A stretch of 64,000 nucleotides of DNA from Gemmobacter sp. (GCA_044238935.1 JBIICI010000001.1:68441-132440); one strand, 5' to 3'. Numbered from the stretch's first letter, positions 32,046 to 41,963 are shown. Notes: generated from the sequence alone by a model not told the origin. Made by a program: numbers and translations.

Positions 32046-33488
32046 ATGCATTTTACCCTTGTTATTTTAGGACGCCCAAATGTTGGGAAATCGTTGTTAT
32101 TTAATCGTCTGATCGGCAAAAAAATGGCGATTGTTGAGGATACACCCGGTGTCACACGGGATTGGCGTGAAGCAGAGGGACATTTATTTAATCGCCCTTT
32201 ACGCGTCATTGATACAGCAGGATTGGAAGAAGCCTTTGATGATTCCATCGCAGCCCGTATGCGCCGCCAAACTGAAAAAGCCTTGGAAATCGCCGATGCC
32301 GTTTTATTTATGATTGACGGACGCGCCGGCGTAACCCCGTTGGATGAACATTTCGCCAGTTGGGTCAGAGGGCGCAATATCCCCGTCTTATTAGGAGTCA
32401 ATAAATGTGAAAATGATCGCGCAACAATGGCGGGCGTTGCGGAATCTTATGCTTTAGGGTTGGGTGATCCCATCATGTTATCTGCCGCACATGGTATTGG
32501 ATTGGATCAGCTTTATGATGCCCTAACCCCCTATTACCCTGACTATTTAACAGGTGATACGGATGAAGACGATGATCAAACAGACTCAGATGATGATTTC
32601 ATTGCCTTTGATGCGATCGAAGGGGATGATGATTTTGTCTTTGACGCCGATGATGTGGGTGTGGAAATTGAAGAAACCGAAAAACCTATAAAATTGGCAA
32701 TTGTTGGTCGTCCGAATGTGGGGAAATCCACCCTGATGAACGCGCTTTTACAAGAAGACCGCGTCATGACAGGCGCAGAGGCAGGCATTACGCGTGATGC
32801 CATTGCCGCCCATTGGGTGTATAAAGACCGCGAATTCCGTCTGGTCGATACAGCAGGCATGCGCAAAAAAGCCAAAGTTCACAATTCAATTGAGCGTCTA
32901 TCCGTTGATGACACATTGCGTGCGATTCGATTAGCCCAAGTTGTTGTTTTGGTCATTGATGCGAACAGCCCGCTTGAGAAACAGGATCTGAGTATCGCTG
33001 ATCATATTTTACAAGAAGGCCGCGCCTTGATCATTGCCATTAATAAATGGGATACGATTGAGGATAAAAAAGGCACATTAGATGCCATTCAATATCGTTT
33101 ACAACATGGATTAGCCCAAGTTGAAAATATTCCATTGGTTGCCATGTCTGCCTTGACGGGGAAAAATATCCATAAAATTATGGATCACGCCCTATCAATT
33201 TATAAAATTTGGTCATCTCGTGTGCGAACAGGTGGATTAAATCGTTGGTTACGCGGCATGGAATCACGCCACCCTGCCCCCATGGTGCATGGTCGTCCCA
33301 ATCGCTTGCGCTATATCGCACAAATCAAAACAAAACCACCAACATTTATTGTTTGGTGTTCTCGCCCTGATGATTTACCCGAAACCTATAAACGATATTT
33401 AATGAATCATCTGCGCAAAGATTTCGATTTAAACGGCATTCCGCTGCGCATTATTGCCCGTACATCGAAAAATCCTTACGTTAAATAG
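32046..33488 (+). CDS. der: Ribosome-associated GTPase Der (EngA), with an acidic inter-domain insert
   Basis: 480 aa with two G domains (GRPNVGKSLLFN, GRPNVGKSTLMN) and a KH-like C-terminus. A D/E-rich linker (..TGDTDEDDDQTDSDDDFIAFDAIEGDDDFVFDADD..) separates the two G domains. Confidence 0.95.
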   Translation: MHFTLVILGRPNVGKSLLFNRLIGKKMAIVEDTPGVTRDWREAEGHLFNRPLRVIDTAGLEEAFDDSIAARMRRQTEKALEIADAVLFMIDGRAGVTPLDEHFASWVRGRNIPVLLGVNKCENDRATMAGVAESYALGLGDPIMLSAAHGIGLDQLYDALTPYYPDYLTGDTDEDDDQTDSDDDFIAFDAIEGDDDFVFDADDVGVEIEETEKPIKLAIVGRPNVGKSTLMNALLQEDRVMTGAEAGITRDAIAAHWVYKDREFRLVDTAGMRKKAKVHNSIERLSVDDTLRAIRLAQVVVLVIDANSPLEKQDLSIADHILQEGRALIIAINKWDTIEDKKGTLDAIQYRLQHGLAQVENIPLVAMSALTGKNIHKIMDHALSIYKIWSSRVRTGGLNRWLRGMESRHPAPMVHGRPNRLRYIAQIKTKPPTFIVWCSRPDDLPETYKRYLMNHLRKDFDLNGIPLRIIARTSKNPYVK

Positions 33489-33492
33489 ACTC

Positions 33493-33520
33493 AAAAAAAA
33501 TCCCGTGTTTAACACGGGAT
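33493..33520 (-). terminator. Intrinsic terminator downstream of flgG (A-tract/hairpin; possibly bidirectional with der)
   Basis: Perfect 8-bp stem ATCCCGTG/CACGGGAT with a 5-nt loop at 33500-33520. On the minus strand it is followed by a T8 run (33493-33500). Confidence 0.7.
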
Positions 33521-33555
33521 AAAAGTTCTTTAGCGATTATTCATTCACATTTCTA

Positions 33556-34341
33556 TTAACGCAGTTGGTTGACGGTGCTCATCATTTCATCACTGGTGCT
33601 AATGACATTTGAATTCATCTCATAAGCACGTTGTGCGGTGATTAGATTTGTAATTTCTTCGACAACATTGACGTTGGAACTTTCAATTGATCCTTGTTGA
33701 ACACGGCCGAAATTCTCACTATTTGGATTGCCTAAGGTTGGGTTTCCTGAGGCCTCAGTTTCAGTTAGAAGATTATTTCCGATGGCTTCTAATCCTGTTG
33801 GGTTTGCAAAATTGGCGACTTGGATTTGCCCTAAATTTTGTAAGGCTGTCTGACCTGATAATTTTGCAAAAACTTGGCCACTTTCGTTAATATCGACGGA
33901 TACAGCATTGGCTGGAATCACAATATTGGGCAACATGCGCATGCCTTGGGAATTGACAATCTCTCCATCTTGATTCACTTGGAACACACCATTTCTGGTA
34001 TAGCCTGTTTCGCCACTGGGCAGTTCGACTTGGAAAAATCCATCTCCGATAATCGCAAGATCCATTGGGTTTTCTGTAACCTGAATGGGACCTTGTTCAT
34101 GGATACGATAAACAGCGGCGGTACGTACACCCAAACCAACCTGTAACCCTGATGGCAAAATATTGCCAACATCAGATCCCGTTGCACCAGGGCGACTTAG
34201 GTTTTGGTATAATAAATCGCGAAATTCTGCGCGGTTTCTTTTAAAACCTGATGTGCTCATATTCGCGATATTATTCGAAATTGTATCGACATTCAGCTGT
34301 TGCGCTAACATGCCTGTGGCACCGATATGAAGTGATCTCAT
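33556..34341 (-). CDS. flgG: Flagellar basal-body rod protein FlgG
   Basis: 261 aa with N-terminus MRSLHIGATGMLAQQLNVDTISNNIANMSTSGFK and C-terminus ..AQRAYEMNSNVISTSDEMMSTVNQLR. Confidence 0.9.
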   Translation of the reverse strand: MRSLHIGATGMLAQQLNVDTISNNIANMSTSGFKRNRAEFRDLLYQNLSRPGATGSDVGNILPSGLQVGLGVRTAAVYRIHEQGPIQVTENPMDLAIIGDGFFQVELPSGETGYTRNGVFQVNQDGEIVNSQGMRMLPNIVIPANAVSVDINESGQVFAKLSGQTALQNLGQIQVANFANPTGLEAIGNNLLTETEASGNPTLGNPNSENFGRVQQGSIESSNVNVVEEITNLITAQRAYEMNSNVISTSDEMMSTVNQLR

Positions 34342-34364
34342 AATATTATATCCTCATTTCTTTG

Positions 34365-35090
34365 TTAAACTTTTGCCAATTCTTGAATCATAGTACGTTG
34401 GCGGTCATGTTCGGTTTTCATTAAATTTTGTGCAGATTCATAATTTCTGGAAACCTCAATCATACGGGTCATTTCTGTGACCGGATTAACATTTGATCCT
34501 TCTAACATGCCATGCTGTACTGTTGTATTCACAGGCAGGTTTGTTCGTTGATCTGTTTTATATAAATTATTTCCAATGGGATCTAATTCTTGATAATTAT
34601 CAAATTCACTGATTCGAATACGCCCATGTCGTCCCACGGCACTGGTGACTGTTCCATCTTCAGAAACGGTGATTGTTCCTTGTGCCTCCGCAGGGATATT
34701 AATCGCGCCGCCGCCGTCCGCAGCCACTAAATCTCCGTCAACGGTAACCATTTGTCCCTGACCATTCACGGCAAAATTTCCGGCTCTTGTATAGTAAAAT
34801 TGACCGTCTTTTCCTTGGATTGTGAAATATCCGGGCCCTTGGACAGCGACATCCAATTGATTGCCTGTTTGAATCATTGATCCTGCGGCATTATTTTGGT
34901 ATTGCCCATAATCCAAAACCATGGATAAGGAATCTTTCATGCCTTCTGGTTTACTGAGATATTCTGAAAATATAACATTTTGACCGCGATAGCCCGTTGT
35001 GGTCATATTGGCAAGGTTATTTGCAATTGTATCCATTTGTTTTGATAAAGCAACTTGCCGAGATAAGCCGATAATGATAGAATTTTCCAC
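34365..35090 (-). CDS. flgF: Flagellar basal-body rod protein FlgF
   Basis: 241 aa with rod-protein N-terminus ..MDTIANNLANMTTTGYR.., located directly upstream of flgG. Confidence 0.85.
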   Translation of the reverse strand: MENSIIIGLSRQVALSKQMDTIANNLANMTTTGYRGQNVIFSEYLSKPEGMKDSLSMVLDYGQYQNNAAGSMIQTGNQLDVAVQGPGYFTIQGKDGQFYYTRAGNFAVNGQGQMVTVDGDLVAADGGGAINIPAEAQGTITVSEDGTVTSAVGRHGRIRISEFDNYQELDPIGNNLYKTDQRTNLPVNTTVQHGMLEGSNVNPVTEMTRMIEVSRNYESAQNLMKTEHDRQRTMIQELAKV

Positions 35091-35181
35091 GTTACCCTCT
35101 TGTGACGTTTTGTGACTTTGAAACTCTTTGCAATTTTCATTGCATATTCTGTGCCAACTTTAATTTGCTCAAAGGATTCTA

Positions 35182-35727
35182 TTGATGTCTGATGCCCCCG
35201 AAAAAAATGATGATGCCGCATCGTTTGATGAAGACAGCAGCAAAAAAGGCAATAAGAAAAAATTGCTCTTATTTATTATCCTGCCGATCTTATTGATTAT
35301 TGGAGCGGGGGCTGCCTTATTTTTTACAGGGATTTTAGGCGGGCATAAAGAAGAAAAAACAGAAGAAACCGCTGCATTAGAAGAGGATTTCGGGACACCC
35401 GTTGTTGAAAAAGAAGAACAGGTGAGTGTTTTTGTTGAAGTTCCACCTATGTTGGTCAATTTAAATACACCCGAAGGGCAGCCGCGTTATTTAAAGCTAA
35501 AAATCCAATTGGAAGTCATGGGACAAGAAAATGCAGATAAAGTCACCGCCATTTTACCGCGCGTTGTCGATCAATTCCAAACCTATTTGCGGGAATTGCG
35601 GGTTAAGGATTTACGTGGATCTTCTGGTTTATACCGTTTGCAGATGGAACTGTTATCCCGTGTGAATGATGCGGCCTATCCCACCGAAGTTAAAGATGTT
35701 TTATTCCAAGAAATTCTATTACAATAA
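35182..35727 (+). CDS. fliL: Flagellar basal body-associated protein FliL
   Basis: 181 aa with a single N-terminal TM helix, then ..VFVEVPPMLVNLNTPEGQPRYLKLKIQLEV.., a typical FliL pattern. Confidence 0.8.
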   Translation: MMSDAPEKNDDAASFDEDSSKKGNKKKLLLFIILPILLIIGAGAALFFTGILGGHKEEKTEETAALEEDFGTPVVEKEEQVSVFVEVPPMLVNLNTPEGQPRYLKLKIQLEVMGQENADKVTAILPRVVDQFQTYLRELRVKDLRGSSGLYRLQMELLSRVNDAAYPTEVKDVLFQEILLQ

Positions 35728-35805
35728 ATAAATCCCTGTTTTGGCAAGGGACTTGCATAAATAATCACCGTAAATAAATTTATAAAGGCATTGAATACAA
35801 ATAAA

Positions 35806-36906
35806 ATGGCTGATGAAATTGAAGAAATGACCGAAGAAGAACGCGCGATGATGGCCGAATGGGAAGCCATGGCGGGCGATGACGCGGACGGTGTAAGCGA
35901 TGCATCTGCTACAGCGGCCTTAGATGATATTGGCGGCACGCGCATTTTAAACCAAGATGAAATTGACTCCCTGTTGGGATTCGAAGATGAAGGGGATGGA
36001 TCACAAGCCACAGGGGTGATGGCGCTTATTAATTCTGCCATGGTGAATTATGAACGCCTGCCCATGTTGGATATTGTCTTTGACCGCTTGGTACGATTAA
36101 TGTCAACCAGCCTTAGAAATCTAACATCCGATAACGTCGAAGTGAGCTTAGACCAAGTATCAACGGTACGCTTTGGGGATTATTTAAATTCAATTCCTTT
36201 GCCGGCTATGTTATCGGTCTTTAAGGCCGAAGAATGGGATAATAACGGCCTGTTGGTGACAGATAGCGCCCTGATCTATTCCATTGTTGATGTGCTTTTA
36301 GGCGGCAGAAAGGGAACACCGTCCATTCGTGTTGAAGGTCGCCCCTATACCACCATCGAAACAAAGCTTGTTGAACGCATGATTCATGTCACTTTGGGGG
36401 ATTTATCATCCGCGTTTGATCCGTTATCCCCTGTCAGTTTTTCATTAGATCGCATGGAAACAAATCCACGATTTTCAACGATTACACAAAGTGGCAATGC
36501 CTGTGTTCTGGCGCGCTTACGCGTGGATATGGGGGATCGTGGCGGGCGTATGGAAATTTTAATTCCCTATGCCACGTTAGAACCCATTCGTGAATTATTA
36601 TTGCAAATGTTTATGGGTGAAAAATTTGGGCGTGATTCCATTTGGGAAACGCACTTAACCCATGAGCTTTATAAAACAGATGTCCAATTACAAGCCATCT
36701 TGGGTGAAATTACCCTGCCCTTACGCGATGTTGTGAATTGGAGAATCGGTACACAGGTGCTGTTAAACACGCGTCTGGAAGATGAACTTGAGCTTCGTTG
36801 CGGACATTTTCCAATGTTTCATGGACCTGTCGGTCAGAAACAAGGCAATATTGCTGTGCGTATCGAAGGATATATCCCACCCCCATCAGATGAAGATGAA
36901 CATTAA
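35806..36906 (+). CDS. fliM: Flagellar motor switch protein FliM
   Basis: Start moved to the ATG at 35806 (the track start is a TTG). The N-terminal LNQDEIDSLLG CheY-binding-like peptide, the middle domain and the position after fliL support the call. Confidence 0.85.
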   Translation: MADEIEEMTEEERAMMAEWEAMAGDDADGVSDASATAALDDIGGTRILNQDEIDSLLGFEDEGDGSQATGVMALINSAMVNYERLPMLDIVFDRLVRLMSTSLRNLTSDNVEVSLDQVSTVRFGDYLNSIPLPAMLSVFKAEEWDNNGLLVTDSALIYSIVDVLLGGRKGTPSIRVEGRPYTTIETKLVERMIHVTLGDLSSAFDPLSPVSFSLDRMETNPRFSTITQSGNACVLARLRVDMGDRGGRMEILIPYATLEPIRELLLQMFMGEKFGRDSIWETHLTHELYKTDVQLQAILGEITLPLRDVVNWRIGTQVLLNTRLEDELELRCGHFPMFHGPVGQKQGNIAVRIEGYIPPPSDEDEH

Positions 36907-37401
36907 ATGCCCTCTACTATCGGAACAATTTTAGATTTCACAATTATTGGTTTGTTGTTAGCAACGATCTTTTTTGCCATGCGTTTGTCAAAAAGCCTCA
37001 ATAATTTTCGTGGCAATCGTGACCAGCTTTCAAAAATGATCCAAGATTTAAACCAAATTATGAGCCAAGCCAGCGCCTCAACTCTGCGGTTAAAAGACAG
37101 CATTGGAAATTCCGAAGATCAATTACGCGGCATGTTATCAAAGGCATCCGGCCTATCCGAAGAATTACAATTTATGATGAGTGCCGCTGATAAAATGGCA
37201 GATCGTTTAGAAAAATTAGTTGACCAAGGCAGGGGGCATAATGCCCCAATTGAGGAAAAAAACAGCATCGTTGATTCAACACCGCGCCCAGCTCAGGAAA
37301 AAATGGATCAAACACATTATGCATCAAAAGCCGAGGCTGAATTGGCCAAAGCGCTAAAGTCGCGCAAAGTTCCATCATCAAAAAAAGATCAGATATTTTA
37401 A
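36907..37401 (+). CDS. Small membrane-anchored coiled-coil protein in the flagellar operon (DUF6468-like)
   Basis: 164 aa. The ATG directly abuts the fliM stop. It has one N-terminal TM helix. The family name is from memory of fliM-downstream genes in alphaproteobacteria. Confidence 0.35.
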   Translation: MPSTIGTILDFTIIGLLLATIFFAMRLSKSLNNFRGNRDQLSKMIQDLNQIMSQASASTLRLKDSIGNSEDQLRGMLSKASGLSEELQFMMSAADKMADRLEKLVDQGRGHNAPIEEKNSIVDSTPRPAQEKMDQTHYASKAEAELAKALKSRKVPSSKKDQIF

Positions 37402-37424
37402 AAAAAAAGTAAGGATTACAAATT

Positions 37425-38150
37425 ATGCGTTTCCGTCTGATACCTGTTTTGATCTTAGTGGCCTTGATGTCCTGTATATTTCGCGCGTCTGAAATTATCA
37501 CGGGATCTTTAAAAAATCCGGGTCAAGCTGTTGCAGAAAGCGATAAAAAAAGCGATTCTAAAAAAGAAGACGCTCAAAAAGAGCCGACGAAAAATACGTC
37601 CGAAAAAGGCTCTGATAAGAAACCCGAAGAAAATAAAGAGCCTGTTGTTGCCAAAACACCCGAAGAAATCCAAAAAGAAAAAGACATATTGAAAAAATGG
37701 AAAGATGCCTCAGATAATCTTGATAGCCATGCAGGGATTGAAAGCCAATTTTACGAAGACTTGCAAGAAACACGCAAACAATTAGAACAGCGCAGCAAGG
37801 ATTTAGACGCGCGCAATGCCTTATTGATCGCCGCAGAAAAAGAAATTGATCAGAAATATGCGGAATTGACGCTATTACGTGATGAAATTAAAGGGTTTTT
37901 AAATAAGCAAAGCGAAGAAGAAAAAGCACGTATCCAAAGTTTGGTCATTATTTACGAAGGCATGAAACCAAAAGACGCCGCCCGCATTTTTGATACAATG
38001 GATTTAGATGTTTTAATTCCCATTTTATCTGGGATTAATGAACGAAAAGCCTCCCCCATCTTAGCCGCCATGAACCCTGAACGGGCACGCACCGTCACAT
38101 CCATGTTAATCGAAGAAAAACAGCTGCCCGATGCAATGAAACCCCAATAA
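37425..38150 (+). CDS. MotE/FlbB-like flagellar protein (MgtE_N-like C-terminal domain)
   Basis: 241 aa with an N-terminal TM or signal segment, a K/E-rich coiled coil, and C-terminal ..YEGMKPKDAARIFDTMDLDVLIPILSGINERKASPILAAMNPERA.. Confidence 0.55.
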   Translation: MRFRLIPVLILVALMSCIFRASEIITGSLKNPGQAVAESDKKSDSKKEDAQKEPTKNTSEKGSDKKPEENKEPVVAKTPEEIQKEKDILKKWKDASDNLDSHAGIESQFYEDLQETRKQLEQRSKDLDARNALLIAAEKEIDQKYAELTLLRDEIKGFLNKQSEEEKARIQSLVIIYEGMKPKDAARIFDTMDLDVLIPILSGINERKASPILAAMNPERARTVTSMLIEEKQLPDAMKPQ

Positions 38151-38179
38151 TTTTGTTGAAATTTTACTGGTTTTGATGA

Positions 38180-39286
38180 CTAATCACACGAAGAAAATGG
38201 GGCGGTTTTTAACCCCTCACAATCTTTGAATAAACGCACAGCACATTTTTTGTATGTACATTTTGATCCACAAATCGAATCTGATTCGCTGTAGTTTTGT
38301 TTTGCTAATGCGTGATCAATCGCCTCTTTCAGCCCTTGGATAAATTTTGAGTTATCCATGACGGTGGATACGCGCGCAAAATGATGGATGCCCATATGCT
38401 CTGCCACTTCACGATATTCATCCTCAATTTCCACCAAGGTTTCAACATGTTCACTGACAAAAGCATGGGGGTAAATCACCACGGCTTTTTGATCGTTAGC
38501 AACTTTTTGTAACGCCTCTTCGGTGGAGGGGCCAATCCATTTTAACGGCCCCACACGGCTTTGATAACAAATTTGCCAATCTAATGGCTGACCTTGGAGT
38601 AAATCCCCAATCCGTAAGGCTAATAAATCCGCCATTTTTTGCGCGCTTTGTTCGCATTGATGTTGATATGGATCACCGGCTTTGATAATTTTTTCAGGTA
38701 ATCCATGCGCTGAAAACAGCATACGCGGCAAAGCTTTTGCCTCCTTTGCCATCGCGCGATATGTTGTTTCAATATGATCCAATGAGGCTTGCAAAAACCC
38801 ATCTGCATAGGGGTAACAGCAAATCAATTTTGTCGGAATTTTCGTCTTTTTATTCTGCATCAAATTTTGCCATTCCTGCACTGATGATCCCGTGGTGGTG
38901 GTTGAAAATTGGGGGTACAGGGGTAATAAAATAATTTGCTCCATTCCATCAGCGATGACTTGGTCAATCACTGCATCTGCCCGTGGGTGCCAATAACGCA
39001 TGGAAACATACACTTTAAAATTCTCAGGCAAAATCGCTTGCAGTGCATCGGCTTGTTTTTGTGTATTGGCAAGCAATGGCGAACAGAATCCTAATTTCGC
39101 ATAGCTTTCCAACGCTTCGGCTTTTGATCGTTTATTTGCAATCAAACTGGCAATTAAAAACCGAATCGGCTTTGGCGCACCAATGATATTTTTATCCATA
39201 AAGAAATTCATCAAAAACGGCTTAATCGACTCCTTACGATCGGGCCCACCAAGGTTTAAGAGGATAATAGCGGTTTTTTTCTGCAT
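38180..39286 (-). CDS. hemH: Ferrochelatase
   Basis: 368 aa with AIILLNLGGPD and LFSAHGLPEK motifs and a Cys-rich C-terminus (C..C....C), possibly an Fe-S ligand set. Confidence 0.9.
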   Translation of the reverse strand: MQKKTAIILLNLGGPDRKESIKPFLMNFFMDKNIIGAPKPIRFLIASLIANKRSKAEALESYAKLGFCSPLLANTQKQADALQAILPENFKVYVSMRYWHPRADAVIDQVIADGMEQIILLPLYPQFSTTTTGSSVQEWQNLMQNKKTKIPTKLICCYPYADGFLQASLDHIETTYRAMAKEAKALPRMLFSAHGLPEKIIKAGDPYQHQCEQSAQKMADLLALRIGDLLQGQPLDWQICYQSRVGPLKWIGPSTEEALQKVANDQKAVVIYPHAFVSEHVETLVEIEDEYREVAEHMGIHHFARVSTVMDNSKFIQGLKEAIDHALAKQNYSESDSICGSKCTYKKCAVRLFKDCEGLKTAPFSSCD

Positions 39287-40320
39287 TATTTTATTTTCCG
39301 TAATGTATTAATAACGTAGTTCACATGCTCAGGATTGGTCAAACGATCAACGCCATGGCCTAAATTTAAAATATGGCGATGGGGATCTAAAGTTTCAAGT
39401 AAGGTTTTTAATCGTGCCTTCAACGCATCACCCCCTGCCAACAGGGCGGCTGGGTCAAGATTGCCCTGCACAGGCATAATCTCTTGCCAAGATTTCATCA
39501 TGTCCACAGGCACATTATGATCACATGCAATCGCTGTAATGCCTGAATTTTGAATGTAATCTTGATATAAAAATCCTGCGCCTTTTGGTAAGCCAATAAT
39601 GGGCATCTTTGGAAATTCAGATTTTATCGCCGCACATATTTTTGCCGCGGGTTTAATCACCCAACGCTGAAATTCTTGTTCATCCAATAGACCTGACCAG
39701 CTATCAAATAATTTAACAGCCTCCACCCCTGCTTTAATTTGGTTTTTTAAATAAAGGATTGTCGCATCAGTTACAAAATCGACAAGCTGTTGGAATTTTT
39801 CAGGATTTTGCATGGCAGCTTGACGGACATAGAGAAAATCTTTGCTTCCCCCCCCTTCCATCATATAGCAAATCACCGTCCACGGCGCACCTGCAAAACC
39901 AATATGGGCGGTTTGATGAAATTCTTCTTTATCCAAAGCCTCACGCACACCACTGACGGTTTGATAGACAGGATTTAAAATCGAATCAAATTGATCATAA
40001 GATAAAATCTCTTTCCAATTATCCAAAGTAATGGGTTTTAAAGAGGGGCCTTTGCCGGATTCAAACCAGACGTCTTGACCCAGCGCGTGGGGGATCACCA
40101 AAATATCACTGAATAAAATCGCCCCATCCATTTCAAAGCGGCGAATCGGTTGCATGGTAATTTCAATGGCGAGTTTTGGATTATACACCATTTCCAAAAA
40201 ACCACCTGCCTCAGTACGCAAAGCCCGATATTCAGGCAAATATCGCCCTGCTTGCCGCATCATCCAAATCGGACGGCGTGCAGGAATTTTTTGGGTTAAG
40301 ACAGATATTAACGGTTTCAT
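39286..40320 (-). CDS. hemE: Uroporphyrinogen decarboxylase
   Basis: Start moved to the ATG at 40320 (MKPLISVL..). Signature RPIWMMRQAGRYLPEY is present. Its stop overlaps the hemH ATG by 1 nt. Confidence 0.93.
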   Translation of the reverse strand: MKPLISVLTQKIPARRPIWMMRQAGRYLPEYRALRTEAGGFLEMVYNPKLAIEITMQPIRRFEMDGAILFSDILVIPHALGQDVWFESGKGPSLKPITLDNWKEILSYDQFDSILNPVYQTVSGVREALDKEEFHQTAHIGFAGAPWTVICYMMEGGGSKDFLYVRQAAMQNPEKFQQLVDFVTDATILYLKNQIKAGVEAVKLFDSWSGLLDEQEFQRWVIKPAAKICAAIKSEFPKMPIIGLPKGAGFLYQDYIQNSGITAIACDHNVPVDMMKSWQEIMPVQGNLDPAALLAGGDALKARLKTLLETLDPHRHILNLGHGVDRLTNPEHVNYVINTLRKIK

Positions 40321-40362
40321 AAGAATTTCAAGATTAGAATGAGGAAAGATTTTAAGGATCAT

Positions 40363-40754
40363 ATCGTATAAAAAATGATTCTTACAATCCCTTAATTACG
40401 CCCTGAAATTTTACAGTCCTTAAATAATATTTAATTTATTTAAAGAAATTGTTGTTCTTTGTAGGGGGTGTGGATAATGGGGATAATTTTTATCCCTGAT
40501 TTTATCCCCAAATTTATCATCTTGAAAAATCCATAGAGTCAAAGAGTTAAAATTTTTATCCCGATCATGGGTGTAAATTTTATCAACGATCCATAAATGT
40601 ATAATCAGCTTCATATTTTGTTTATGAACTGTGTGTAAGATGATCATCGATATACAGGACGATTTATCCCTTGGAAAGGTCACAGGCTTATCCACAAAAC
40701 CGTCCCCAATTTTTTTAAAACCATAATGCAAGATGCGGATCTTAAAATAAGAAT
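40363..40754. other. Probable chromosomal replication origin (Cori-type oriC upstream of hemE)
   Basis: Two perfect DnaA boxes lie in inverted orientation: TGTGGATAA at 40469-40477 and TTATCCACA at 40688-40696. At least 5 TTATCCC-type boxes are present (40478-40486 rc, 40490-40498, 40502-40510, 40556-40564, 40664-40672). There is an AT-rich stretch at 40420-40460, a TTAA-N7-TTAA (CtrA-type) site at 40420-40434, and GANTC sites at 40377-40381 and 40536-40540. Confidence 0.7.
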
Positions 40755-41378
40755 ATGATTTTTCACAAAGACTTTAAACGCCTTCCCACCAATGATTTAT
40801 CCATCATATGGCCACAGGTGCAGAAATATTTTTCTGAATTACCCGATTTAAATCAAGATTTGGTCGTTTTTGGACGAGATGTTGCCTTTTATCCAGATTA
40901 TAAAATCTTGGAAATTGCCTCTCAACAAACATTACCTGCAACGGTTCATTATGTTTTATATCATAAAGAAAAAAATCATTTTGTGCGTTTAGATTGGTCA
41001 ATTGATGCGATTTTATCGTTAAATCAAATTGCCCCCCTGAATTTAAATGATGATAATATTTTAGATTATGTTGAATATTATTACATGACCACCACATCGG
41101 CGCACGGCATGTTAGCATTGATCAATAATATTGACGATATTATTTGGAACGAAGATCCCCCCTTACAGGTGCGCCGTGAAATCATGAAAATGATTATTCC
41201 ATTGACGATTACAGAATTTACCCATGATGGATATTGGATGTTACGCGCAAGCTTTTTACACCGTCAATCTTTGTTCCAAGCAGATTTGAAATTACATTCA
41301 GATGGCACAATCATCAGCTATAATCACGAACTTATCCTTGAGGATTTACCCGTGATGGATATTATTTTGGGGCAATAA
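40755..41378 (+). CDS. Hypothetical protein (origin-adjacent ORF)
   Basis: 207-aa ORF with no motif I recognise. It occupies the position of the conserved hypothetical gene that flanks Cori opposite hemE in Caulobacter and Rickettsia; homology was not verified. Confidence 0.35.
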   Translation: MIFHKDFKRLPTNDLSIIWPQVQKYFSELPDLNQDLVVFGRDVAFYPDYKILEIASQQTLPATVHYVLYHKEKNHFVRLDWSIDAILSLNQIAPLNLNDDNILDYVEYYYMTTTSAHGMLALINNIDDIIWNEDPPLQVRREIMKMIIPLTITEFTHDGYWMLRASFLHRQSLFQADLKLHSDGTIISYNHELILEDLPVMDIILGQ

Positions 41379-41578
41379 TTGTTTAGTTATTCAAATATTT
41401 TTTCAACCTTTTATCAAGCATTTTTTGAACACAAAGGGGTCTGTTAGAAAATCAAGGAACATAATGTTCTTTATCTTTTTTTAGTGCTCTTTAAGGATTA
41501 GAAAGAGAAAAAGATATAGACAAAAATTATTTAATACCTTATGGTGATTTCCTATATAAAATAAGGAGGGAAATTACC

Positions 41579-41923
41579 ATGAGACCAAAAATTATAAAGA
41601 AATTTGGATTAGAATTATCTGTGCAAAGAGTCTATGATTTAGAGAGTAAAAAACGACAGTTTGCTGTTAGTTTTCATTTTAATGAAGCTGGACAAACATT
41701 TATTGGAATTGACAAAAATCTACGAAGTGCAGTAGAGAATTTTACTGAAGCCTGTGTTGTAGGACGCTTTCTAAACAAAGCCCCTATAGACATCTATGAA
41801 ATTTTTTCTTGTAGCGAAGTAGCTGTACCAAGAAACAATATCTTTGGTTATCAAATCCGTAAATTTTTTGGTCTCCCTTACAAAGACCCAAGAGATAAAA
41901 TGAAATTCTTTTATCATTCCTAA
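41579..41923 (+). CDS. Hypothetical protein
   Basis: 114-aa ORF preceded by a strong Shine-Dalgarno (AAGGAGGGAAATTACCATG). It is AT-rich with no recognisable motif. Confidence 0.4.
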   Translation: MRPKIIKKFGLELSVQRVYDLESKKRQFAVSFHFNEAGQTFIGIDKNLRSAVENFTEACVVGRFLNKAPIDIYEIFSCSEVAVPRNNIFGYQIRKFFGLPYKDPRDKMKFFYHS

Positions 41924-41963
41924 AACGAAGAGAAGAACAGACCCCAAGCCTAAAATCTCAACC

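Noticed and set aside
32027-32875. Minus-strand ORFs of 124 aa and 99 aa overlapping der, and the 148-aa ORF at 44284..44730 antisense to sucC
   Set aside because: They are antisense shadows of highly conserved genes with no supporting motifs.
40420-40731. 103-aa minus-strand ORF in the hemE-upstream spacer
   Set aside because: It lies entirely within the DnaA-box/AT-rich region interpreted as oriC. Its peptide is odd and repeat-driven (..YPHYPHPLQ..) because it is read from TTATCC-type boxes, and it has no RBS context. It is most likely non-coding.
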